DNA of 64,000 nucleotides from Oscillospiraceae bacterium. Its GTDB lineage: Bacteria > Bacillota > Clostridia > Oscillospirales > UBA929. The position numbers and the translations under genes were made by a program. This document shows, one piece after another, positions 56,485-64,000 of this stretch (its first letter is position 1; each line of letters begins with the position of its first letter). The notes under the pieces are model-generated. The model made no database searches. It saw nothing but the letters and a program-made list of their open reading frames with translations, and had not been told where the DNA came from. The stretch covers positions 2,330 to 66,329 of the forward strand of contig JAIRUE010000069.1 of the NCBI GenBank assembly GCA_031254575.1, written 5' to 3'.

Positions 56485-56931
56485 ATGGACTATACCGCGC
56501 TGGCGGTTGACCTGCTGGACAAAATGCAGTCGCTGCGCAAGGTCGAGCCGCACAAGCATATAAACGAGGCCCTGCACGGGGAGATGTTTGTCCTCCTTTA
56601 CATCGCCTTTCGCGGCGGCGACGTGCTGCCGGGCGAGATAAGCCATGAGATGGAAGTCAGTTCCGCGCGGGTCGCCGCGGCTTTGAACGGGTTGGAGGGC
56701 AAGGGGCTGATCACCCGCCGGACCGACAGCAGCGACCGGAGGAAGGTATTGGTGGGAGTTACGGAGGAGGGGCGGGACTTTGCCGAAAAACAGTACCGCG
56801 CCATGCTGGAAAAAGCGGCGGAGCTGCTTTCCATGCTGGGTGAGCGTGACGCCGTGGAGTATGTTCGTATTACGGGCAGGCTGGCGGAAAATATATTGAC
56901 ACAGGGGGAAACGCCGCCATGCTGCAACTGA
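56485..56931 (+). CDS. MarR-family transcriptional regulator
   Basis: Winged-helix LPGEISHEMEVSSARVAAALNGLEGKGLITRRTDSSDRRKV. Confidence 0.85.
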   Translation: MDYTALAVDLLDKMQSLRKVEPHKHINEALHGEMFVLLYIAFRGGDVLPGEISHEMEVSSARVAAALNGLEGKGLITRRTDSSDRRKVLVGVTEEGRDFAEKQYRAMLEKAAELLSMLGERDAVEYVRITGRLAENILTQGETPPCCN

Positions 56932-59573
56932 AAAATATTGTCAAGCACTACACCGCCGGGGACATGACGGTCGAGGCGCTGAGGGACGTGAGCCTTGATT
57001 TCCGCAAGAGCGAGTTTGTGGCCGTCCTGGGGCCGTCCGGCTGCGGCAAGACGACGCTGCTCAACATCGTCGGCGGCCTTGACCGGTATACAAGCGGCGA
57101 TTTGATTATAAACGGCATTTCCACAAAGAAATACAAAGACGTTGACTGGGACATATACCGTAACAACTCCATCGGGTTTGTGTTTCAGAGCTATAATCTT
57201 ATCCCGCACCAGACCGCGCTGGCCAATGTGGAGCTTGCCATGACGCTGGCGGGCATATCCAAGGGCGAACGCCGCAAAAGGGCCGTCGAGACCCTCGAAA
57301 AGGTGGGATTGAGCGACCAGCTGCACAAGAAGCCCAACCAGATGTCGGGCGGGCAGATGCAGCGGGTGTCGATCGCCCGCGCGCTGGTCAACAACCCCGA
57401 CATCCTGCTGGCCGACGAGCCGACCGGGGCGCTGGACTCCGAAACCAGCGTGCAGATCATGGACATCCTCAGGGAAATCGCCAAGGACCGCCTTGTTATT
57501 ATGGTCACGCACAACCCGGATCTGGCCGATCAATACGCCAACAGGGTCATACGGCTGCTGGACGGCCGGGTCACCGACGACACCAATCCCTTCCGCATGG
57601 AAGACTTGGAAACCAAAACCAGGAACAAGAGGAAGAAGGTGTCCATGTCTTACCTCACGGCGGTGTCGCTCAGCCTCAACAACCTGCTGACCAAAAAGAC
57701 GCGCACCGTCCTGACCGCGTTTGCCGGCAGCATCGGCATTATCGGCATCGCGCTGATTATGTCGCTGTCCAGCGGTATGCAGGGGTATATCGACACGCTG
57801 GAACAGGATACGCTGTCCACATACCCCATCCGCCTGCAGAGCCAAACGATGGACATGACCGCCATGATGACCTCGATGATGGACCGCAACCTTTACCGCG
57901 GGGACGGCCGTGACCCCGGAAAAATTTACGCCAACAACATCATGACCCGCATCATAGAGTCGATGTCGACCATGATAACCCGCAACGATCTGGCGAGATT
58001 TAAGGCGTATATCGAAACCGGCGACGGCCGCCGGATCAGGGAAATGACAAGTTCGATCAAATACGGCTATGACGTGGAACTGCAAGTCTACAAATCGGAT
58101 ACGTCAAAGGGCGTCCTGCAGGTCAATCCCAGCGAGGTCATGGCGAGTCTCGGCATGGGCGGTCCGGCCGGCGGAATGGACATGAATATGGGGATGGGCA
58201 TGAACATGAGCAGCGGCAGCGTATGGACGGAGCTGCTGAGCGGGGAGGACGATCTGATACACTCAAACCTGTTGCACTCGCAGTACGACGTGGTCGCCGG
58301 GAGATGGCCGGAGGCGTTTGACGAGGTCGTGCTGGTCGTCAACAGGCACAACGAGATCAGCGACTTTAACCTCTATACGCTGGGGCTTCTCGACGCGGAC
58401 GAGCTGGACGCGATGCTCGCAAAACTGATGCGGGGCGAGCCGGTTGAGGAATCGGAGCCCGCCGGCTTTACCCACGAGGAACTGCTCGCCCTCACGTTCA
58501 AGCTCGTTCTCAATACCGGCTATTACGCGGAGGACGGCGGCCGCTGGGCCGATATGCGCGACGACGGGGGTTTTATGAAGAAGCTGGTCGACAGCGCGCT
58601 TGACATCCGGGTAGTGGGCATCATCCGCCCCTCGGAACAGGCGATGGCGTCCTCTATCAACGGCACGGTGGGGTATACGTCCGCTTTGACCGAATATGTG
58701 GTCAGCGCCGTCCGGGAGAGCGAGATCGCAAAACAGCAGCTGGCGGACCCGGAAACAAACGTGTTCACCGGCATTTCGTTTGACGTCGCGGGGTATGTGG
58801 AGTCGCTCACGATGGAAGACGTGTATGCGTATATCGCCGGACATACGGAGGAAGAACAGGCGCTGTTCGCGCAGATGACGGCCACAATGCCCGAGGAGGA
58901 GCTTCTGGCCTTTTTCAAGGCGCGGGTCAGGGCCGAGTCCGGCGAATGGGATACCTATGACAGCAACCGCGCGTTACTGGGGATCGCGGACTTTGACAAT
59001 CCGGGCTCCATCAGCCTCTACCCCAAAGACTTTGCCTCCAAAGAGGAGCTCGTCGCCCTGATCGACGAATACAACAAAGCCCAGGAGGACGCGGGGAATG
59101 AGGAATACGCCATCCGTTACACCGATATTGTGGGGCTGATGACGTCGGGCATCTCCTCCATCATCGATATTGTGTCGTATGTCCTGATCGCGTTTGTCTC
59201 CATCTCGCTGATTGTCTCCTCTATCATGATCGCCATTATCACCTATATTTCCGTCCTTGAGCGCACCAAGGAAATCGGTATCCTGCGCAGCATCGGCGCG
59301 GCCAAGCGCGATATTTCAAGGGTGTTCAACGCCGAAACGCTGATCGAGGGCTTTGTGGCGGGCGTGCTCGGCATCCTGATAACCCTGCTTCTCAATATCC
59401 CGATAAACGCCATCATAAAACGGCTGGCCGACATATCGGACCTCTCCGCCCTGCCGCTTGCCGGGGGGGTCGGGCTGATCCTGCTCAGCATGATCCTTAC
59501 CGTCATTGCCGGGTTTATCCCGTCCAAGATGGCCGCCAAAAAAGACCCGGTGGTGGCGCTGCGAACGGAGTGA
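56919..59573 (+). CDS. fused ABC transporter ATP-binding/FtsX-permease protein (MacB-like)
   Basis: Walker A GPSGCGKTT, signature SGGQMQR, Walker B LLADEPT. Then a large extracytoplasmic domain and a C-terminal FtsX 4-TM module. Confidence 0.9.
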   Translation: MLQLKNIVKHYTAGDMTVEALRDVSLDFRKSEFVAVLGPSGCGKTTLLNIVGGLDRYTSGDLIINGISTKKYKDVDWDIYRNNSIGFVFQSYNLIPHQTALANVELAMTLAGISKGERRKRAVETLEKVGLSDQLHKKPNQMSGGQMQRVSIARALVNNPDILLADEPTGALDSETSVQIMDILREIAKDRLVIMVTHNPDLADQYANRVIRLLDGRVTDDTNPFRMEDLETKTRNKRKKVSMSYLTAVSLSLNNLLTKKTRTVLTAFAGSIGIIGIALIMSLSSGMQGYIDTLEQDTLSTYPIRLQSQTMDMTAMMTSMMDRNLYRGDGRDPGKIYANNIMTRIIESMSTMITRNDLARFKAYIETGDGRRIREMTSSIKYGYDVELQVYKSDTSKGVLQVNPSEVMASLGMGGPAGGMDMNMGMGMNMSSGSVWTELLSGEDDLIHSNLLHSQYDVVAGRWPEAFDEVVLVVNRHNEISDFNLYTLGLLDADELDAMLAKLMRGEPVEESEPAGFTHEELLALTFKLVLNTGYYAEDGGRWADMRDDGGFMKKLVDSALDIRVVGIIRPSEQAMASSINGTVGYTSALTEYVVSAVRESEIAKQQLADPETNVFTGISFDVAGYVESLTMEDVYAYIAGHTEEEQALFAQMTATMPEEELLAFFKARVRAESGEWDTYDSNRALLGIADFDNPGSISLYPKDFASKEELVALIDEYNKAQEDAGNEEYAIRYTDIVGLMTSGISSIIDIVSYVLIAFVSISLIVSSIMIAIITYISVLERTKEIGILRSIGAAKRDISRVFNAETLIEGFVAGVLGILITLLLNIPINAIIKRLADISDLSALPLAGGVGLILLSMILTVIAGFIPSKMAAKKDPVVALRTE

Positions 59574-59596
59574 CGGGGCTTTTCATTCATTAAAAC

Positions 59597-59634
59597 AGCC
59601 ATTCCCGCGGTTACGGGAGTGGCTTTCTTTTTTT
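59597..59634 (+). terminator. rho-independent terminator
   Basis: AGCCATTCCCG-CGGTTA-CGGGAGTGGCT, followed by TTCTTTTTTT. Confidence 0.8.
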
Positions 59635-59712
59635 GCGGAGGACAGAAGCCGCCGGGAAAAACCGGAAGGAAATCCACTGTAAAAATAAAATGAAAAATAT
59701 TATAATTTATTA

Positions 59713-59742
59713 TTGACATTAGTGTGTTACACACAGTATAAT
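59713..59742 (+). promoter_or_regulatory. promoter TTGACA-N18-TATAAT with the 13-bp palindrome GTGTGTTACACAC in the spacer (candidate PadR operator)
   Basis: Hexamers at 59713-59718 and 59737-59742. Palindrome at 59722-59734. Confidence 0.55.
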
Positions 59743-59761
59743 GCTTTTGGAGGTGACGGGA

Positions 59762-60100
59762 ATGGCGGAGGACGAACTGCTTCAGGGGCTGATTGCCGAT
59801 TTGCGGCGCGGTACGCTTGTGCTGGCCGTATTGAGCAGCCTGAACCGGCCCAAATACGGGTATTCTCTGCTGCAGGAGACGCGGGGAATACGCATTGAGG
59901 CCAATACGCTTTATCCGCTGCTGCGGCGTCTGGAATCGCAGGGATTACTGCAAAGCCAATGGGATACCGCTGAAAACCGCCCGCGCAAATATTACGCGCT
60001 CAACGACCGGGGCCGGACCCTCTGCGCGCGGCTGCGGGAGGAGTGGCGGAGCATGGTTCGGGAGATGGAAAATATGTTGGAAGGGGAGGAAGGACTATGA
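59762..60100 (+). CDS. PadR-family transcriptional regulator
   Basis: LVLAVLSSLNRPKYGYSLLQE..LYPLLRRLESQGLL..RKYYALN. Confidence 0.88.
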   Translation: MAEDELLQGLIADLRRGTLVLAVLSSLNRPKYGYSLLQETRGIRIEANTLYPLLRRLESQGLLQSQWDTAENRPRKYYALNDRGRTLCARLREEWRSMVREMENMLEGEEGL

Positions 60101-61092
60101 ATGAGATGATGGAACGCTATATTTATGACGTCACGCGCCGTTTGCCGGAGAAGGAGCGGGGCGAAGTCGGGCGGGAACTGGAGGCGGGTATAAACGACAT
60201 GCTCCCCGATAACCCCGGCGAGCAGGACGTTATTGCCGCGCTGACAACGCTCGGCGAGCCGCGCATATTGGCGGAGCGGTACCGGCAGAAAGCGCGGTAT
60301 TTAATTTCCCCCGCCATGTTCGATCCCTACATCTCGGTATTGAAGGTGGTGGCGCCGGTCGTCGCGGGCGTTTTTATCGTACTCGCCCTGCTGACGGGCG
60401 AGAGGACAATGGGGTCCGTTCCATACGCGCATTTTCAACGCGTTGTTCAAATCTTTGCGCAAGCGACGGAAGCTGCTCTTGCGGGCGCTATGCAGGCCGC
60501 GTTTTGGGTCACGCTGGTGTTCGCCATTGCCGGACGCCGCGGTTACAAGGCAAAACCGTGGACGGTTGCAGACCTGCCGCGCCCAAGGGACCAAAAGGGT
60601 GTGAAAATCCCGCGCTCCTCCACCGTTACCGGCCTGATCCTGACTGTATTTTTCACCGGCCTGATCGTCATAATGCTTCTCCGCGACGAATGGTTTTTGG
60701 TGTTCGCAAACAATTCGGAGATAATCCCTCTCTTTTCACCGGCCGCAAGGCTCAGGCTGATTCCTTTTATCATTATCCAGGGAAGCCTCTCCTTTGCCGT
60801 GTCCGCTCTGAAGCTATACTGGGCGCGGTGGAACCTCCCGCTCTGTATCGTAAACGCCGCTTATACGGCCTTCTGGCTCGGCGTCACGGTCCATATCCTG
60901 CATTGGCCCGACCTGTTCAGCGCGGAGATGATCGCCTTCACCGATACGCTTGCCGGCAGGCTCAACACCGTCCCCCACATCACGGCGGAAGGGATCAAAA
61001 CCGGCTTTGCCGTCCTGCTGGCCGCCGCCGCGGCCATTGAAATCGGCACGTCGGCCTGGAAAACATGGAAAGGAATGAGAACCCCGGCATAA
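60097..61092 (+). CDS. PadR-associated membrane protein (DUF1700/HAAS-like N-terminus plus multiple TM helices)
   Basis: ERYIYDVTRRLPEKERGEVGRELEAGINDML..LGEP. ATGA overlap with the padR stop. 5-6 TM helices. Confidence 0.7.
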   Translation: MNEMMERYIYDVTRRLPEKERGEVGRELEAGINDMLPDNPGEQDVIAALTTLGEPRILAERYRQKARYLISPAMFDPYISVLKVVAPVVAGVFIVLALLTGERTMGSVPYAHFQRVVQIFAQATEAALAGAMQAAFWVTLVFAIAGRRGYKAKPWTVADLPRPRDQKGVKIPRSSTVTGLILTVFFTGLIVIMLLRDEWFLVFANNSEIIPLFSPAARLRLIPFIIIQGSLSFAVSALKLYWARWNLPLCIVNAAYTAFWLGVTVHILHWPDLFSAEMIAFTDTLAGRLNTVPHITAEGIKTGFAVLLAAAAAIEIGTSAWKTWKGMRTPA

Positions 61093-61102
61093 TACGCGAA
61101 AG

Positions 61103-61136
61103 AAACCCCGCAACCTCATTCACGGTTGCGGGGTTT
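61103..61136. terminator. bidirectional hairpin terminator (serves tRNA-Arg and the + strand gene)
   Basis: AAACCCCGCAACC-loop-GGTTGCGGGGTTT. Confidence 0.7.
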
Positions 61137-61141
61137 GCCTG

Positions 61142-61218
61142 TGGCGCGCCGTGGAGAATTCGAATCCCCGACCTTCTGGTCCGTAGCCAGACGCTCTATC
61201 CAGCTGAGCTAACGGCGC
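61142..61218 (-). tRNA. tRNA-Arg (anticodon ACG), CCA encoded
   Basis: GCGCCGTTAGCTCAGCTGGATAGAGCGTCTGGCTACGGACCAGAAGGTCGGGGATTCGAATTCTCCACGGCGCGCCA. The promoter TTGACA-N17-TATACT lies upstream at about 61232-61260. Confidence 0.95.
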
Positions 61219-61301
61219 TTATGCGCAAGTAAGAGTATACAGAGACAGGGCCGGTTTGTCAAGTATATCTTTTGCGCACGCCTGGCTTAACGTGTGCGCA
61301 G

Positions 61302-64000
61302 CTAGCCCAACACGATCTCCTGCTTTTCGCTTCGCGGTTTCTTGCCCGTCTCGCCTTTCCACACCGTCAGCGTCCCCGTCCGGCCCGTCACGTCCAGCGC
61401 CTTCGCCGACGTCACCTTCACCGGCGCGTCGCTTCCCAACTGAACCCAGTCGTTTGCCTTCAGCTTGACGCTTTGCTTGCCTGTCTTGTCCGTCTTTACC
61501 GCGTAGTTCGGCGCTTTGCCGAAATTCGCCGGGCTCAGCTTGAAGGGTTTGCTTGCCGGGGTGTATGTATTGCCGCTTGCCTTGGGCGGCGTGCGGAACA
61601 GATAGGTCGTTTTCGCCTTGCCGGACAGCACCGGGAAGCCATTGTCGGGCAGGCTCTGCCAGTCGCCGCTGGGGGTCTTTTTGTTGTCGGTGTTGGCCCA
61701 CTCGTAAGCCGTCGCGGCCGCGGTCGCGCCGCCCTTGCGCGGTTCCCACGTCTCGGAGAAATAGAATGGTTTCAGCTTTTCCGTGTTCGCCTTGGGGCGG
61801 GCGTTGATTTTGGGGAACTTGACCACCGCCGCGTCCTTTGCGACGCCTTTTTTGTCAATGACCGTCTTGCCGTCCTTGACGTCTTTGGCGTTCCATTTGT
61901 CGGCGAGCCACAGGGTCATGCCCTTGTCAAGCAGCTTTTGGAATTTCGCGCCCTCCGGCAGCGCGCCCTTCTTCCACTTCGCGCCGCCGTTGACGCTGTA
62001 CGCCTCGACAAAGAACCCCGCGAGGTCGATTGTTTCGGCGGTGAGGTTGATAACGGCGTTGTCGGGGGTGTCGGAGGGGACAAGGACGTGGTCGCCGGGA
62101 CCGGGGTCGGTCGGGTCAGTACCGCCGCCACCTTTCCATATCAGCACCGGTGTTTCGCGCCATGCCGAGCCGTCGCCAAGCTGGCCGTAGTAATTCCGCC
62201 CCCAAGCCCAGAGGTTGCCGTCCGCGTCGATCGCCATTGTGTAGAAACCACCCGCCGAGACGCTCGCGAACGCTGTGCCGTCTTTGATTTTGACCGGCGT
62301 GGTTTTATAGTTATAGTAGCCACTTGTGCCGTCGCCAAGCTGGCCGTAGTTATTCCGTCCCCAAGCCCAGAGGCCGCCGTCCGCGTCGATCGCCATCGTG
62401 TGCTCATCACCCGCCGAGACGCTCGCGAACGCTGTGCCGTCCTTGATCTTACCCGGCGTGGGTTTGTAATCACCGTATGTACCGCCTGTACCGTCGCCAA
62501 GCTGGCCGGAGCCATTATACCCCCAAGCCCAGAGGCCGCCGTCCGCGTCGATTGCCATCGTGTACATGATACCCGCCGAGACGCTCGCGAACGCTGTGCC
62601 GTCCATGATCTTACCCGGCGTGGGTTTGTAGCCGCCGCCGTATGTGCCGTCGCCAAGCTGGCCGTTCAAATTACGTCCCCAAGCCCAGAGGCCGCCGTCC
62701 GCGTCGATCGCCACCGTGTGGCCCCAACCCGCCGAGACGCTCGCGAATGCTGTGCCATCCATGATTTTTATTGGCGTGGTTTTGTACATGGTAGTGCCGT
62801 CGCCAAGCTGACCGTAAACATTACTTCCCCAAGCCCAGAGGCCGCCGTCCGCGTCGATCGCCATCGTGTATATGCTACCCGCCGAGACGCTTGCGAACGC
62901 TGTGCCGTCCATGATCTTTACAGGTGTGGTTTTGTAATCACCGTATGTACCGCCTGTACCGTCGCCAAGCTCGCCGGAGCTATTATTTCCCCAAGCCCAA
63001 AGGCCGCCGTCCGCGTCGATCGCCACCGTGTGGTTGCTACCCGCCGAGACGCTTGCGAACGCTGTGCCGTTCTTGATCTTACCCGGCGTGGATTTGTTTG
63101 TGGTAGTGCCGTCGCCAAGCTGGCCGGAGTAATTACGTCCCCAAGCCCAGAGACCGCCGTCCGCGTCGATTGCCACCGTGTGATATTCACCCGCCGAGAC
63201 GCTTGCGAACGCTGTGCCGTCCTTGATCTTACCCGGCGTGGGTTTGTAGCTGCCGTATGTGCCGTCGCCAAGCTGGCCGGAATAACTATACCCCCAAGCC
63301 CAGAGGCCGCCGTCCGCGTCGATCGCCATCGTGTACATGCTACCCGCCGAGACGCTCGCGAACGCTGTGCCGTCCTTGATCTTGACCGGTGTGAGTTTGT
63401 CCACGGCAGTGCCGTCGCCAAGTTGACCCCAATCATTTATTCCCCAAGCCCAGAGACCGCCGTCCGCGTCGATCGCCATCGTGTGGGAACCACCCGCCGA
63501 GACGCTTGCGAACGCTGTGCCGTCTTTGATCTTGACAGGCGCGTTTCTGTTTGTGGTTGTGCCGTCGCCAAGCTGGCCGTATTCATTACGTCCCCAAGCC
63601 CAGAGACCGCCGTCCGCGTCGATCGCCACCGTGTGCATATAACCCGCCGAGACGCTTGCGAATGAGGTACCGTCCATGATCTTTACTGGTGTGGCTTTAT
63701 AGTCATTCCATGTACCACCTGTACCGTCGCCAAGCTGGCGATAATCATTTATTCCCCAAGCCCAGAGACCGCCGTCCGCGTCGATCGCCATTGTGTGATT
63801 ATGACCCGCCGAGACGCTTGCGAATGCTGTGCCGTCCATGATTTTTATCGGTGTAGGTTTATAGTCACCCAATGTGCCGTCGCCAAGATAGCCACTTCCC
63901 CAGGCCCAGAGGCCGCCGTCCGCGTCGATCGCCATTGTGTGCATATAACCCGCCGAGACGCTTATGAATGCTGTGCCGTCCTTGATCTTACCCGGCGTGG
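61302..64000 (-). CDS. very large RCC1-repeat (beta-propeller) protein, C-terminal ~899 aa; the N-terminus lies beyond the window end
   Basis: At least 12 consecutive RCC1-type blades (..[23 protein letters not shown]..). These are followed by a ~340-aa Lys-rich C-terminal region with no family I recognise. The frame stays open to position 64000. Confidence 0.85.
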   Translation of the reverse strand, partial: TPGKIKDGTAFISVSAGYMHTMAIDADGGLWAWGSGYLGDGTLGDYKPTPIKIMDGTAFASVSAGHNHTMAIDADGGLWAWGINDYRQLGDGTGGTWNDYKATPVKIMDGTSFASVSAGYMHTVAIDADGGLWAWGRNEYGQLGDGTTTNRNAPVKIKDGTAFASVSAGGSHTMAIDADGGLWAWGINDWGQLGDGTAVDKLTPVKIKDGTAFASVSAGSMYTMAIDADGGLWAWGYSYSGQLGDGTYGSYKPTPGKIKDGTAFASVSAGEYHTVAIDADGGLWAWGRNYSGQLGDGTTTNKSTPGKIKNGTAFASVSAGSNHTVAIDADGGLWAWGNNSSGELGDGTGGTYGDYKTTPVKIMDGTAFASVSAGSIYTMAIDADGGLWAWGSNVYGQLGDGTTMYKTTPIKIMDGTAFASVSAGWGHTVAIDADGGLWAWGRNLNGQLGDGTYGGGYKPTPGKIMDGTAFASVSAGIMYTMAIDADGGLWAWGYNGSGQLGDGTGGTYGDYKPTPGKIKDGTAFASVSAGDEHTMAIDADGGLWAWGRNNYGQLGDGTSGYYNYKTTPVKIKDGTAFASVSAGGFYTMAIDADGNLWAWGRNYYGQLGDGSAWRETPVLIWKGGGGTDPTDPGPGDHVLVPSDTPDNAVINLTAETIDLAGFFVEAYSVNGGAKWKKGALPEGAKFQKLLDKGMTLWLADKWNAKDVKDGKTVIDKKGVAKDAAVVKFPKINARPKANTEKLKPFYFSETWEPRKGGATAAATAYEWANTDNKKTPSGDWQSLPDNGFPVLSGKAKTTYLFRTPPKASGNTYTPASKPFKLSPANFGKAPNYAVKTDKTGKQSVKLKANDWVQLGSDAPVKVTSAKALDVTGRTGTLTVWKGETGKKPRSEKQEIVLG

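Noticed and set aside
56598-58085. 495-aa minus-strand ORF
   Set aside because: It is antisense to the MarR and ABC transporter genes, which show Walker A/B and signature motifs on the + strand.
61272-63665. 797-aa + strand ORF with its own repeats
   Set aside because: It is a mirror image of the RCC1 repeat gene. Its repeats (..[15 protein letters not shown]..) simply reflect the antisense of the RCC1 blades, and the minus-strand reading gives the canonical RCC1 signature.
61302-64000. Regular ~160-bp DNA repeats considered as a possible CRISPR or satellite array
   Set aside because: There is no short repeat/unique spacer alternation. The periodicity equals one RCC1 blade and the whole region is one open reading frame.

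Overview
High-GC Firmicutes/Clostridia-type chromosome segment (Oscillospiraceae-like codon usage; many long antisense 'shadow' ORFs that I reject). Most of the window is housekeeping core. It holds the 5' part of PFOR (nifJ), a DtxR-controlled feoA-feoA-feoB iron uptake locus, and an OmpR/HK two-component system. A long minus-strand block runs tRNA-Tyr, leuS, rsfS, LCP, nadD, rdgB, ftsY, smc. It is followed by araB, an M20-peptidase/hisS/aspS/cysteine-desulfurase operon, an M23 peptidase, a MarR + MacB-like ABC pair and a PadR + membrane partner pair. Several accessory pieces are embedded in this core. (1) Two copies of a fluoride-riboswitch-like (crcB-motif) leader, each with a terminator overlapping the aptamer. 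One precedes an uncharacterised NifU-like/GGGtGRT gene pair and the other precedes a cation:proton antiporter. This is my top candidate for an undescribed, fluoride-linked system. (2) A 3.8-kb AT-richer islet inserted in tRNA-Val(GAC), flanked by 48-bp direct repeats and lacking an integrase. It carries a ferredoxin/[FeFe]-hydrogenase-like/MCP-signalling fusion protein and an Fe-alcohol dehydrogenase. (3) A Spo0A_C-type response regulator and a polytopic GHKL kinase separated by a 13-codon Trp-rich micro-ORF that has its own SD and terminator. (4) A BlaI/BlaR1-like pair whose sensor domain is PepSY, plus a secreted triple-PepSY paralog sharing a promoter motif. (5) A TetR / radical-SAM / alpha-beta-hydrolase operon with a perfect palindromic operator. 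(6) An Lsa-family ABC-F gene with an attenuator-like leader. (7) A 0.9-kb AT-rich cassette (XRE regulator, PIN fragment) flanked by 37-bp direct repeats inside the PFOR promoter region. (8) Three tandem Sel1-repeat paralogs. (9) A giant RCC1-repeat protein running off the window end. No rRNA genes, CRISPR arrays, transposases or integrases were seen.
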